From assembly GCA_973895155.1 (NCBI GenBank), contig OZ316896.1, forward strand, positions 23,393,722-23,457,721: a stretch of DNA of 64,000 nucleotides. The letters run 5' to 3'. Below the pieces are notes generated by a model. That model was not told the DNA's origin and made no database searches. It was given only the letters and a program-made list of their open reading frames with translations. The position numbers were made by a program, and so were the translations under genes. Within the stretch, counting starts at the first letter, position 1. Every line of letters begins with the position of its first letter. Shown here in pieces: positions 43,901-58,210 of this stretch. Source of the stretch: Marsupella aquatica. Its lineage: Eukaryota > Plantae > Marchantiophyta.

Positions 43901-45631
43901 GCAAGAGCTTGCATCCCTGATGGCCAGCTTCAAAGCCGACCTCCGTGAGAAAGACGACCAGCTCGACCAAACTTATGCCAAGATGAATAAGATGGAGTCT
44001 GAAGTCGTGAAGGAGCTCAACAAGGAGCTAAGAGCAACCCAGGAGGAGAGGGCTACCTTAAAGATGGATTGGAGGAAGCCCAGAAGGAACTGGAGGAGGC
44101 GCGCAAGGACCTGGACGAGACCCAGGAGGAGTTGGAGGAAATCACGAGGAAGATGGAGAACCTACAGCGGCGGGCCGACAACTAAACGGAGCGGGTGAAG
44201 AAACAAGCCGCAATATTTAAGTGCTTGGCTTCATCAGGTCCAATTCCAATTGGGGCAACCCAGTTACCAGGGGTAGTATTGGCCGAAGGACAAGCCGAGA
44301 CACTCACCCCGGTGCCGGAGGTAAGTGGCAAGGGGAAGGAACCGGCTGTCAAAATAGGGAAGAAGAAGAAGCGGAAACCTTCTGGGTCTGAGAGTGTTAC
44401 GGCTTCTCAAGCCGTTGTGACCGAGGAGGTAAACCCGACACCAACCTCCGGCATCGACACGGCGGTGGATCCACCAGTCCTAGGAAGTGGGGATGGCAAG
44501 GCCGAGGCCGGGACAACCAGTAATGAAGCCGAGGTACCGGATCCTCCACTAGAACATGCCGGGGAGGCCGTGGCCGATGCTGAGGCCAAAACCGATGGTG
44601 GACCCAGTCAGGCCGATGAAGAGTTGACTCGGTCCGGGGCAGGTAATCTGTCAAGGGACGGACCGACGGCAGTGGCTGCGAGGGAGGCGTTGGGGGCGTC
44701 CATTGAGGATCCGCCACCGGTGTCGTGATGGTGCAAGGGTGCCGTCCCTTTTAAGGAGGGCGGACGTGGAGGTAGGAGGCATGAGTGGGCAGGGCGGGCG
44801 CTGATCTCCAAGTTTAGACTTAAGATCAGGACCAGGAGACGGCCCTGACACTTAGTTTAGTGGGATTGCGGATCCACGGGTAAGGGCGACACTTGTGCTC
44901 CTGCCTCGCTGTACATAGGTAGATTACAGGTAGGATAGATTAAGCTTATGCTGCGAGGAATTGGGCAGATCCACTGCCAGGATAAATACCTGGGCAGCGG
45001 GGAGTCCAGGGCCTCTTCTTTAGCAAGTTTTTAGTTGCACCAGCAGGGCTGGGATCAAGTAGTAAGAGAAGCTCTTGGTTAGTTATACAGTGACCCTTGT
45101 GTATATTCATGTTTCCTCATGCCTAAGAGCTGAATAGAGTTGGCCTCACGGCTTAGTTCGCAGAGCTTGTGTATGAGATGTACTGTTTTTTGGCAAGTGC
45201 ATGGTATAACTCAGTCAGAAGGAGTCATTTTGCTATTTGTGTGTCGCATTAACTTGTGTGAAGAGTGCCCACATCGACTAATATAGAGAAGGAAAGTAAG
45301 CAAGGGAGTGAGGTTGGATGTGTCGAGCTGAGAGAGGTCTTAGCGGCTTAACCAAGCCAAATTGGGGATCATTCCGGCGGCGGAATCCAAATATACCTAA
45401 CCAACAGGAGGGAAAGACAAGGGAAGGCCTAGATTAGGCTGGCTACGTATCTCATGACCCGATGAAGGATCTGTCCAGTATATGTGTGTAAAATGTTAAT
45501 AATAGTAGTAGGAGGTTAGCAGCGTCCCATGCCGCTAAGCCGCGGAAACGGCCTCACCGAGTATGAAACCTGCGGGAATCGGCTTGTGCGGGGGGGTTTC
45601 TTGGGTTTGGGGAGCCATGGAACGCACCACA
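40981..45631 (+). mobile_element. Family-A solo LTR, 4651 bp
   Basis: TGTGATG...CACCACA ends with TSD AGGAG (40976-40980 and 45632-45636). Confidence 0.93.
41357..44728 (+). pseudogene. Full-length but decayed LTR-encoded protein
   Basis: Runs MSNVNQVAHFWG...IEDPPPVS, collinear with 21136-24510, with several stops and frameshifts. Confidence 0.88.
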
Positions 45632-48436
45632 AGGAGCAACACTTGCGCTCCTGCCTCGCTGTAATTAGGTAGATTACAGTTAGGTAGATTACAGGTAGGA
45701 TAGATTAACCTTATGCTGCAAAGAATTGGCGGATCCACTTCCAGGATAAGTACCTGGGCAGCGGGGAGTCCAGGGCCTCTTCTTTAGCAAGTTTTTAGTT
45801 GCACCAGTAGGGCTGGGATCAAGTAGTAAGAGAAGCTCTCGGTTAGTTATACAGTGACCCTTGTGTATATTCATGTTTCCTCATGCCTAAGAGCTGAATA
45901 GAGTTGGCCTCACGGCTTAGTTCGTAGAACTTGTGTATGAGATGTACTGTTTGTATGGCAAGTGCATGGTATAACTCAGTCAGAAGGAGTCATTTTGCTA
46001 TTTGTGTGTCGCATTAACTTGTGTGAAGAGTGCCCACATCAACTAATAGATGAAGGGAAGTAAGCAAGGGAGTGAGAGTTGGATGTGTCGAGCTGAGAGA
46101 GGTCTTAGCGGCTTAACCAAGCCAATTGGGGATCATTCCGGCGGCAGAATCCAAATATACCTAAAGAACAGGAGGGGATACAAGGGAAGGCCTAGATTAG
46201 GCCGGCTACGTATCTCATGACCCAATGAAGGATCTGTCCAGTATATGTGTGTAAAATGTTAATAGTAGTAGTAGAAGGAAGTTAGCAGCGTCCCATGCCG
46301 CTAAGCCGCGGAAACGGCCTCGCCAAGGACAAAAACTGCGGGAATCGGCTTGCGCAGGGGGGTTTCTTGGGTTTGGGGAGCCATGGGACGCACCACACAC
46401 TGCATGGCACACTATCACCAATCCTTCCTTGCTGCACATCAGCAGGTCTATTACCCAAGCTAAAAGCATGAGTTGAAATTTGAGGACCACTTTTAGCAGT
46501 ACACTGGACATTCAAGGATGACAACCGAGCTGGCTCGGCATTTAAAGACGGCAACCTGGCAGACTCTGCATTCCAGGAAGGCAATCTAGTAAGCTCTGCA
46601 TTCATGGACAACAACTTGGACGACGAAGATGAGGAAGATGGGTGCCGCCCTTTCTTTTGCATAGCGGTAGCCACCATTGCGGCTGTCTGTTTATCCTTTG
46701 AAACAACCAGGACTCGAACTGCTAATCTAAAGGAGAGAGTGCCTGCCCCCAAGCAGATTGGAACGCATCTTACCAAGGGTCTGGCCTGGCCTGGCCTGTG
46801 TTGTTTGCAGTACGCACTTCCCGACATCTCTCACCTTCAGTTCCTCTACTTGAAGTTTTCTTCTTGGTCTCGGAGTGCATTGCTTGCTTTTTCATTTCTC
46901 CTCCATTGCCCTCTTCTCATGTTTTTCTTCCTCCAAAGCCTGAAGCCTCTACGCCTTATCTTCCTGAAGCATTGGATTCCATAGCTTCAGCTGCGACACT
47001 TCTCACAAAAACAACCAAGTCATTCAAACAATTGTCACTTGTCGAATAGAAATGTCACAATTGGTTAACGATGACATAGACAATCACTTTCCTCAGAGCA
47101 GATTTTGAACAGTAACCGAATCCCTCCGGCAAGCAGCACAGATTTTGCATCTTGCACTCGTCAATCACTCCAATTCCTCAGAACCCCACTCCTCCAACAC
47201 TGCTCAAGTACGACACTTTTCTCATCAAAGGGGTACCAAAGGAGGATAGGCGGGAGAGTGGCGCTAGCTCGAACAACCAGTACTGCACAGCAACAGCAAG
47301 CAATCGCACGAGCTTCAAATATACACGGACTTTGTACAGCTGCAAAATGGAAACAGGACACCCATCGTGGATGGTCCTCTGGTTTTCAAGGCAAAAAATG
47401 GGACACCGACAGACACATTTAGGGGAATTGCTTTGAATCGCCTGAGAATGATTCCCGCAAAACATGAAGTGCGTACCAGTCAGTCAGTCCGCCCATCCGC
47501 CTGTCCGTCCCTCCCTCCGATCGAGAGAAACGCCAAGGATCCACTTGACTCTACTTCGCCGCAATACAAACTCATGCTCGTGACTTGTCACATCCGATTC
47601 CTGCCTTTCTGAAATTCCATTTCTCTTTCTAGAGAGAGAGGGAGAGAGAGCTATAGAATGATACAAAGCAACGAGAAATGCCGATGATCCACTAAACTCT
47701 CTCGCCGCAATACAGCCTTGTGCTCGTGACTTGTCACATCCAAAATACGCGTAGATTTATCATCAAAGGGGTACCAAAGGAGGATAGACGGGAGAGTGAG
47801 CACGGTCAATTACCATAGAATTGACGGTAATGTTAAATTTTTCACCCTCCGTAAAAAACAAAAACAAAAATTGCTCTAACCAAGTTAGGCCAAAAATCTG
47901 GTTGGAACGCGTCGGGAATAGTTAATATTTGTAAAAATAACTTTCTATAAAATTTCATAATAGTTAACTCCCACTAAGCTAACTATCACTAACTTTTGGT
48001 GGGACCTACCCTATCTACACGAAAAGTTGACACCCCCAATGAGTCACGTTGAGGTTTACTTACACCTGTCAGGTCCCTCAGTTGAGTGCAGCCATTTCGT
48101 ATTGCTTCAAGGGGAGGCTAAGTGACCACTGTCTACCTTGCATGGGAGCTCCGACCTTTGCAACTACTGACTTTATCCCTACAGTCCGATCTTCCAGATG
48201 ATGTAAATTGCAGTTAGGATCGTGAATGGTCATGGATTTGTGTTTGCAAATGGTCCCAATTTTTCACATTTATATGAATTTGCATTCTAGGTACGATTTT
48301 GGCAAATTTGCCTCAAATAAAATGGTTGGCTGGAAGTGTTCTCTGAGTGAAATACATGTCCGGTGGATATTGAGTCTAAGGGCGACTTTACAAGACATCA
48401 AGCTGCCAGTGTTTAGATTGCCTGAAGCCATGGTGA

Positions 48437-48672
48437 AGCGGTCCAGCTTAGAGCAATCACCAATCCCCAAGTTCATGTCCCTCAATCAGGTTGGGAGCGG
48501 TCCAGCTTAGAGCAATCACCAATCCCCAAGTTCATGTCCCTCAATCAGGTTGGGAGCGGTCCAGCTTAGAGCAATCACCAATCCCCAAGTTCATGTCCCT
48601 CAATCAGGTTGGGAGCGGTCCAGCTTAGAGAAATCACCAATCCCCAAGTTCATGTCCCTCAATCAGGTTGGG
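48437..48672 (+). repeat. 59-bp tandem repeat x4
   Basis: Unit AGCGGTCCAGCTTAGAGCAATCACCAATCCCCAAGTTCATGTCCCTCAATCAGGTTGGG, nearly perfect copies. Confidence 0.93.
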
Positions 48673-49399
48673 AACCCTTTCCACAGAAGATGTCATTAAG
48701 TGAAAAGATGTCATTGCCCAAAGCATGTCGTTTAGTAACAGATGTTGTTATGTAAAAGATTTCAATTACGGAAAAGATGTTGTGCAAAAGATGACAATTC
48801 ACAAAAGAGGTATTTATGTAGAAGACATTGTTACACAAAAAATGATGTTATGTAAAAGGTGTTGTCAGATGTGGTGGTCCCATCATCCATGAATCCCTAA
48901 ACCCCGCCACCCGGCCCACAATAGTTTGGCCCCTAACCTGTTGTTATTTCATTCAAATACATATTCAATTTTGCCAAGCATATTAGTACTCATGGAATGT
49001 ACTCATTTCATGGGAGTAGCAAGGGGAGGGGTGAGCACACTCTCCTTGCATTGCATGGTACATGCAAGGGAAGGTGAAACATTGTCATGTTATAAATCAT
49101 TGTTTGAAAACTATATTCATTTTTGGGGGAGGGGCCAGGCACACACTAGTTCAGGGCATGCATGTTTAGATGCAGTGAAATTGAGTAAAAACCAAAACCA
49201 AGACAAGAACATGTTCCTTTTGGTACCCATTCTAAACTTCTCCTAAAATTTCCAACATTTTCATTTGAGTAATTATGGTTGAACTTTGTTACGGACTTGG
49301 GTATTTGTCTGCAATATTGTCTCGGATGACATGTAACACATGTTTCAATTTGAGAACAATTTGTATACAACTAGCCCAATGCCTGAAGTCAAGGTGGTA

Positions 49400-49790
49400 A
49401 AAAGATGCAGAGGAGAGAAAAGATGTCAAGGAGAGGAAAAGATGTCCAAGGGGAGGAAGAGAACTTGAGATGAGAAAACATGGTAAAAAAAAGGAAAGAT
49501 GGCGACATGAAAAAAGCATGTATAGGTCAGATTACAATGTTCAGGCGAGGAAAAGGTGTCGAGGTGAGAAAATATATAAAGGAGAGAAAAGACGTCCCCA
49601 AAATGATGTTGAGGTCAGGGAAATACGTCAAGGAGAGAATCAATGTCGAGGGTGAAAAAACGATGTTGTGATGAGACAAATATGTCAAGACGAGAAAAAG
49701 ACGAGGTAATGAGAAAAATATGTGAAGGCAAGGAAAAGATGTTGAGGAGAGAAAAGTATGTCGAGATTAGAAAATATGTCAAAGCGAGAC
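49400..49790 (+). repeat. Degenerate purine-rich minisatellite
   Basis: Recurring (A)GGAGAGAAAAGATGTC-like units of about 18-20 bp. Confidence 0.55.
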
Positions 49791-51091
49791 ACCCCTCTAG
49801 TATATAGTCTTTGGGGGACCCGCTCCATGGAATGCCCAGGCTTTCTGGTCTTTTTTGTGGGCTTTCTACCAGTAGTGCTCTAAAAAGACCAGTTGGCCAT
49901 GAAAATAATACAAAAGAAATCAATCTTAGTGTTTATGTTGATTTGAAATCACTTGGAGCCCAGATAGTGCAGTGCTGTCAATCTCAAACTGTGCTGGCAT
50001 CAATCTGAACACCATTCACCCCGCCAGTATCAATTTCTTGGCACCCAACTTAACCCACCTCCTGTTCTTGTCAAGAACAGGATGACAACAAGTGAGATGT
50101 CACTTCCAAGAGTTTTTTTTAATTAGATTTAAACATCCTTCCTATCAAGTGATTGGTCCACTTTGGCTTTACATGAAGTTGTTGAGAGGTCACTTGTAGT
50201 GGAGTCCTCCCAATCCTACATGGACTGGAGTGGGTCCCACAAAATGATTACATGGAGAGTGTAAGTTTGCCAAAGTTTGAAAGGATCTCTCTGTCTCTTC
50301 TCATGTTGTCATACAGTATCAAATGCATTACTCTACCATTGTTTTGGTCAGGAGACAGTCTAAGTAAATGCACCTCTAGATCAGCTCCTCTGGAAACCTC
50401 AACCTCCAACCCTCAACCCCAACCCAAGCTCTCAACACTCCTCTGTCTCCTAAACTCTAAACCAAACCCTCAAACTTCAACACCAAGCTAAACTCTCAAC
50501 AATCCTTTGTCTAATTAGTTCAAACCCTTAAATTCCAATCCCAACTTGGGGGTCTCAGTATATGGAGCCCCCTCCATCAACTGCTGCCACTCACATTTGT
50601 TCGGCATTAATGGCAGGGTAGGAATAGACACTAGCCAAAAGGGCCAGCTCTCTTCTTATGTATCCCCTCTTGAATCTGCCCACAATCTTCTCAAATTTTA
50701 CTAAGTCCTTGTGCTTATAATTATTCTTTACTTGACTTAAAGTGTGAATTTAGTCCGAGAGATAAATTTTGCTTGGCCAATTTGTCCATTGAAGCACCAG
50801 GCATCAGTCTTTAGGGAGTAACCACAAGGCAAAGGGGCCAACTCTCTCATTTATCCCCTCTCCCTTCTGCACTTCACAAACTTTGCAAAATTGACAGTAC
50901 AATGTTCTTAGAGCTGTTCTTTAGTTGACTTCGATATAGTGTGAATTTGCGATAGAGGGATAAATTCGGTTTGGCCAATCTGAGTCTATTGAAGCACCAG
51001 GCATTACTCACTACTTGGGCAATACGGATTGGAACAGATAGACAAATGGGGATTGCTCCCGAGTCACCTTCGAACACAACCTTCAATCTGG

Positions 51092-52924
51092 TCACCAGTA
51101 ATCGCCACAAGAGCATATGCCACCTTTGAAATGATGAAAACGATTGGCATCCCTGGCTATAATCTCACGTCCAGTCACCTTCGAGATAAACTTGGTTGCG
51201 GTATGACAATCTGAACACACCCGAAGGTTCTTCCATACACGAATTGGTTTTCCCCGAGGTATGTGCAAATGTCCGTAAGCAATAGCCAACTTCTCACTAT
51301 GAGAGCAAAGAGCTAGTTCTTTATCCTCCTCATTGATATCATGCAACACAAGTCGGGTATCCGGAATGTAGCCTTCAGCCTTCAGTGTTTCAGTCAATTT
51401 ATTGAGCTCAGTATATATCGCCCTCGCTTCTGGGTGAGATCTATCCCCTACAGCAAATTTATGGATCTTCTTATCAACTTCGATAAAGCTACGCCCTGGC
51501 TCCTTCCGAAGGCCTCTGTCTTGCATCATGGTGCGCACCAATGACTTCTTCTGTCGCTTACCAGCTGCAGCGTAGATATTAGACAGGAGCACCCTATGCA
51601 GAGGCATTATTGGGGTCCAACTTGAAAAGCTCCTGAGCGGCAAGTTCGCCCAACTCCACATTACTGTGAGTTCTACAAGCCCCAAGCAAGGCTGTCCAAG
51701 TGACTGTATTTGGTTCCATTAGCATGTCAGTCATGAAGAGCTCTGCTTCCTCCAAGTGTCCAGTCCTCCCAAGCAGATCCACCATGCAGTTATAATGCTC
51801 AATCTCAGGCTCGATGCCATAATCCTGCGTCATAGCTGAGAAGACTCTACGGCCATCATCAACAAGGCCTCCGTGACAACAGGCTGACAAAACTGCCACG
51901 AATGAATACACGTTGGGGTTCACACCGTCTGCGGTCATTTTTCTGAAGACGTTCAGGGCTTCATTCCACCCATGTTGTGCAAGTCCACCGATCATTACAG
52001 TCCATGTGACTACATCGCGTTTCTCCACTCTGGCAAGAACAAGTCGGGCGTCATCTATACTGCCACTCTCTGCATACATGTGAACGAGTGCACTGCCCAC
52101 ACGCAAATCCGACTCCAGTCCGGCTTTTCTAGCGTGACCATGAACCTCCTTCACCCACTCCAAAGCCCCCGCACTTGCAGATGCATTCAGGATGCTCACA
52201 TAAGTGATGTCATTTGGTTCGAAGCCTTGGCGTCGCGTTTCAAGAAACATTCGATATGCCTCATGCCCACATCCATGTTGTGCAAGTCCTCCTATCATTA
52301 CATTACATGCGATTACATCGCGTTTCTCCATTCTGTCAAAAACAAGTCGGGCGTCATCTATACTGCCACTCTCTGCATACATGTGAACGAGTGCAATGCC
52401 CACACGCAAATCCGACTCCAGTCCGGCTTTGCTAGCGTGGCCATGAACCTCCTTCACCCACTTCGAGTGCAGATTCAACATGATCACTTCTAGCGTATCC
52501 TGCAATCATGCTGGTCCAAGTAATAACACTCTTCTTCTGAATTTGATCAAAAACTCTACGTGCATCCGATAATCCTCCGCATTTGATATACACATTCAAC
52601 AGCGTGATTACCACATTTCTTATCAACTCCACTCTCGATGATGCAATCATGAATTTGCTTGACTACTGACAGATCTTTCTGATGCAAGAGCATTTGCAGA
52701 ACTTTAACATATGTGTACGAGTCTGTAGGAATGCCTCGCTGTAGACGATCTTTCAAAACAGCAATTGTTTCATGCCTGGCAGTCCCTTTTGTCGTGACTT
52801 GAGACCGATCTCTCGTGCCATAACTAACATGAGATTGAAATCTGCAGTGAGTAATCACATTCGCCCTTGGCTTAACCCATGCAGGAGTTGACCATCCATC
52901 CACCCAAAGTACTTTCCTTGTCAT
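51092..52924 (-). pseudogene. PLS-class PPR protein with E and DYW deaminase domains (organellar RNA-editing factor), frameshifted
   Basis: PLS repeats, PG box KEPGRSFIEV, HSEKLA, KNLRVCSDCH and CSCGDYW*. Frame breaks near 52465 and 51595. Confidence 0.88.
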
Positions 52925-55900
52925 CTTATGATTGAACTCAAGTGCTCTGGGCTTCGTCTGTCAGCACCACAACCCACGATCAGATCTGGTACCAGGATAA
53001 AATCCACGACATTCCACGCAGTGCAATGAATTTGAAGTTATTTCTTGAGGACTATGTTTCCCAACGATCTTTCTACAATGAATGTTCAGATATAGATAGC
53101 AGACCGGTAAGTCTAGGGAGTTCGAGGGTGCATTCCTACCTCTGTCCATATATGTATTTTCTTGTCTCCCTTGCTCCGCTGTGATATTTGGTAAAGATAA
53201 CTTGCAAAAGTTGTATGACTCCTTTTCAGCTGAGAGTAACGGCTATCTGTCAAGAATGCAATGATCTTAGAATACTGAAATAATTGTGAAAGGCAGATAT
53301 AGGTAGCTCAAGTATCAATTAGCTTGTTCATACTCTTGTTATTCACTGTAACCACAGAAAGGACAGAGTCAACAGAATATCGAAGTTGCACTAAAAACCT
53401 TCAGGCAGGAGTCGCATGTTATCGTTGAGGTTTGCATAGGATAGACTCTTATGACACATTGACAGGCGTTCAGTTCTACGTTTCCTCCACTGTCCTTTCT
53501 ATTCTATACACAACCAGAATCTCAGGTTTTTGAAAAGCGACTACAATTCACAAAAAACCCTAGCCAGCATCTGTAGATTGGCTCTAGAGAATCCTTAATT
53601 AGACACAAATGACATGAATGGGAAAGCGCTACCCGTCCTTCTCCTACAATTCAGAACTAAAGCATATGCAGCATTCTTTAAATTGGCTCTTATACAATCC
53701 ATCGAGAGACACATATGACATGAAAGTGACAGCGCCTCCCGCCCCCTCGCCCAAGCATCAAACTTCAAGTTCAATTAAAGTCTTCATCACACAAGCCCCA
53801 TAGCAGGAAGTTCACGCAATATAAATGTCACCGTGGTGCTGGAACAAGACTTTCTGTTTAAAAGTAGGTACGGATAACGTTGAAATCGCTCTTCAGTCTC
53901 ATTACCTGAAGGCCTTGTACAAGAACAATGGCTGATATCCATACCAATCAAACCGGAAGATGACGGATGAACTCTGCAAATCAGACGTCTTTGTTGAGAA
54001 TGCATTCAAGGTCGTTTGATCACATCATAATCCAACAAATGACATGCATACAAAATCAATCATACCTGGCTGTGGAGTGCAGCCTAACGTGTTCCATATC
54101 CCAAATTTCCATCGAGTCAGATCCGTTTCCGTGCCCGGAATAGAGCTTAATGGTACAGTGAGAGATATGATCTTACCTGTTTAACAAACGTTCCAATCAG
54201 TCTAAGTAGTGCAATCTTGCAGAGCCCTCAAATTTCAAGTCTCATCTTTCCTTCCCCTTGGACTAAGGAAACAAATTCACTAGGTGAAGGCTCTCTTGGT
54301 GAAGGCAGAGGAATCTCAGCTCAACGTAAGAGTTGGAGGAACCCCTAGAAGCATAGCAGTAGCAGTATCTTCTCCAGGATCACGTCGTCCTCCTTCATTA
54401 AGAATTTAGAACTAAGAAGTGCTGTACACTTCCAAGAATTCCAACTCAAGATCAATGTGAGAGCTCAGCACTACTGCAAAACCAGGAACAAACTTATCTC
54501 GGCCGACAGGCTGAATGACAGTTCCTGCGCAGAAGACTTGGTATATCCCAACTTTGTAAAGCGCTTGTCTTCTTCTCACGCCCTTTCACAACTCAATATT
54601 GGAGGGCCACCAATATTGCTTCGTGGCCCTCCAACCTAAGTACAGTTAACCCGAAGTTGATACCTACAAATAGAAACCTCTTCCCCCCTCTTTTTGCCAA
54701 TGGGTTTCCATCTAACTACAGTTAACCCGAGGTTGATACCTACAAATCAAAACCTCTTCCCCCCTTCCTATTTTTAATGCACAGTAAACATTTAAAAGCT
54801 CCATGAATGCTTTGGTGATCTACCATTTCAAACTGCAATTCCCTCACTCCATTTTCACAGAATCACAATTTTGCAGGGTCGAAAACCTTCGCATGATTGA
54901 ATAAAAACCTTAGTAGCATGACTCTTGGGGTTAAAACCTTAGTAGCATGACTCTTGGGGTTTTTTCTCAGTCAAGTTCAAATGCACCAAGATGTGAGCAC
55001 TTAGAGGTAGGAGAACTTCTCGGTTGGTTTAAGTATTGTAAATAGTAAAGAATAATCTGCAATTCCCTTGTATATCATCTGAGTAAAGTTGGCTGCAAAG
55101 CCTAGCTTGTAGAGTGTATGATTGATGTATTGTGTACGCCCGTGTGTACATGGTTGAGTGCAATGCTTAAGTCGGCTACAATCAGTATGGAAGGTATCTG
55201 AGTTCTTTGTGTGTGTGACATTTGAGTTCTGATTCGAAACTGCCCATTCAATTCCAGGAGTTAGTCAGAGAGAGTGCTGGTTAGTCGGGTGGAGTGTGGC
55301 AGTCTGAAAAGTTCCTCACTTGATTTGAGTTTTCAAGCCGAATGGGTACATTTTGGTGGCAAAATCCAAACATACCAGAGTAAGTCAAAAATGATTACCC
55401 CGAGGATTACTGTAGTTGTCACCACCATATTCATAACCCCCAACCAAGAAACCTTCGAGGTAAATGTAGTAAAAAGTGCGATTCTCTATCACTCAGCTCA
55501 TAGTTAATGACATAGAGCAACCCTATTCCAACTGGAAGAGGCCTGTTCCCGGTGTTTTCCTTGGGTTTAACCAAGAAAATTGCACCACAATGAACTAGAT
55601 TTTCCTTTATCCATGACATAAGTATCACCCTTGACAAGACTTCCTTTCCCCCGCAAGACTTTTTTTTTCCTCTTGGCCTGATGACAATTTTGTGCCTCTA
55701 TGACTTCCTTGCCACACTTGCATTTCTTTGCCTCACCTTTGCATTTTTTTGCCATGCATGAGTATTGTTGCACCAATGACACCATAGCTTCAATAATTGC
55801 ATGGTGAGAATAATGTCATACAAAACATCGGCATTGGGTTGTCAAGCACATGGCCTCACATTTGTATTTATTAAACATCTAACGCAATCTACCTTCATTG

Positions 55901-57680
55901 AGATGATTGACTTCTATTGTGATATTTTCTGTATACTGAATTTGCACACCCGATAACATGATCGCAAGGGACGCATGGCCATAACAACACCATGGTCGCA
56001 ACAACTACATGGATGAGAAAACAACATGGCTGCAATGACCGCATGACCACAATGACCCCATGGCTGCAACAATAACATGACTACAACAACCACATGGCCG
56101 CAACAACATTATAACCACAACAATAATTGAATGTGCAGGCCCAGGCATTAGAACAACCACTTGGCTGCAATGGCCACATGACCGTGATGCCAACATGGCA
56201 CACTAACATATTAGATGCCTCAATTGCTGTAGCGTTCTGACCCCAAGCAGGGGTCCAATTACTTCTTTTCTCCCTTGGTAGCCCTTGTCACCCGCTTTGA
56301 AACACACCTATTAGCTCCTTGCAATCACTTATGGATCTCAGATATGGTCCCTTACAGATCTCAACCATGGGGTTTAAATGGCCAAAAGACAGTTTGAAAG
56401 ATTAAATACAAAGATGATATTTGATACCCCCAACTCAAACGCCCACCAAAGTTGTCATATTCCAAATGCCACCATGACTTCTCATTCCCCCCATCTCATG
56501 GTTATTTATTCCCCCCTCTTCAGCCACCTGTGATTTGGCAGTTTGGGCCATTCCCACCACTTTTCATATCCCGGCCCCCTCTACCAGACTATCTTTATCT
56601 CCTTGAAACCTCCAAGCCAGTAATTACCTCCCTCCCAAGTAGTTTGGCAATGTCTCGAGTCTATTTTATTATCCTTTTCCTCCACATTAGAGCACATTTT
56701 TAAAAAAAATTGGTTTAATTTTTTTGTCTGTTATCATGTAAGGATTGTCTAGTAATTTATAGTCAATCCACCAGTCAAGATCCAGGATAGCTTGATCCAG
56801 GATAGCTTTTAGAGGACGCAAAATTTAATTGATTCAGGATAGGATCCTGACAAGTTTAGAAGACGCAAAATCTATTTGTTTCTTGACATTCAAAAATATG
56901 AATATGAGCTGTGGACTAGTACTGAATTACATTGCTTGCCAGTTTAGAATGAAAGTGGACCAATGTGTTTAGTTTAGAAGTTGAGAAAGATTTCAACTAA
57001 CAACAAGTAGGAGCTCCAGCATAGGTGTGCATCTTAGGTACAGGGCATTTCCAACCCTTACTGAAAGGTCTTTACACTAACTGGGTAAGGCTTACCCTAA
57101 TGACTTATTGGACAAGCAGCAAAACATTAAAATTCTCACACAAGCCAATATTTTACATATGAAGTCATGCTACATGATTCTCACAGTGGATCAATGATTG
57201 AGAATGAATCCTTCTCTTGTTTCATTATCTTAATTGTTATCCAAGTTTGAATCTTGCGCTAAAGACTATGTGTTATCTGAGCATGTTAACAAGGCCCTTT
57301 CTTCATAGTCATTTATCAAGTGCTTTCAGCTGTCTCACGAGTGATATGGCACATTCCACAAATTCTAGCATTGATAAGAAATTCATTAGAAAGATCTGAC
57401 GGATGTGAATGGGTGAAGTGAATTTTTTCAGAATTTTCTAGATTTGCAAGAGTCTCTAACTGGACCTAAATAAGGGCGCTTTTTCACCTGGCTTGGATGG
57501 GCCTAACACCAAAATAATTTGAAATTCTGCACATCTTTCTTGGTACAATAAGAGCTTGATTGTATTTCTGCAAAAGTGGTATTCCACAGGAGTTAGAAGT
57601 GCGAATATGATACAATTACTCCGTAAATGATATCATCTAAGGAAGCAAATTATTTGCTACCTTTCGATGTTTGAATCTAC

Positions 57681-57845
57681 CTCGGTTACGCGCATCTTTG
57701 CCAACTCCTTTGGTGATGACCGAGGAGCCGGTCTGCATAAGAATACGAACCTTTGGTATACAACTGGTCTGTTTGGCATAGACGGTAGTATGGAGGATTT
57801 TGCGAGCAGACTGGCCAGGAATTTTAAGGTGGTGAATCGCGGCAT
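57681..57845 (-). CDS. Possible first exon of a divergently transcribed gene with an organellar transit peptide
   Basis: ATG-started, rich in S/L/R/K and poor in acidic residues, ending at GAG|GTAGAT. No downstream exons were identified. Confidence 0.25.
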
Positions 57846-58210
57846 GTTTAATTGATCGACTGCGGATCAGGAGGCCTTACACCGCGGTTGCGGGATTTGG
57901 GATTGCATTTTGGTAATCTAGGGTGTGGTGGATGGTGAGTTTCACGGCCTTGTACCGTAGTTTTCACCCTTGTGGTGCTCTTTCCTCTGTCGCTTCCTCT
58001 GTTGCTACGATTTGTGTCAACCGAAGGTTTCGTTTCTGCTTGTGATTGGACTTTGTGCTTCCTTTGTTATGACTTGCGTTTGTGGCTGTCTATGCTTGTT
58101 TTGATAGCATAGAACTTAAGGAAGCGAATTGTCTTATTGTTCAGCTTGCAAGATTCAATGGCGGGTACTTAAGGAAGCGAATTGTATTATTGTTCAGCCT
58201 GCAAGATTCA

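Larger units (their letters stand above)
40121..46397 (+). repeat. 3' part of an older family-A LTR that hosts element 2 and a solo LTR
   Basis: ORF tail at 40121-40822. Sequence resumes at 45632 and ends CACCACA at 46397 with no PBS following. Confidence 0.85.

Noticed and set aside
48437-48672. CRISPR-like array
   Set aside because: The units are contiguous with no unique spacers, and there are no cas genes. This is an ordinary minisatellite in eukaryotic DNA.
53300-54600. Possible minus-strand exons (donor-like sites near 54065 and 54176)
   Set aside because: No coherent reading frame or recognisable protein could be assembled.
55960-56200. His/Asn-rich coding repeat
   Set aside because: Degenerate CAACAAC/CATGG low-complexity repeat without a credible ORF.
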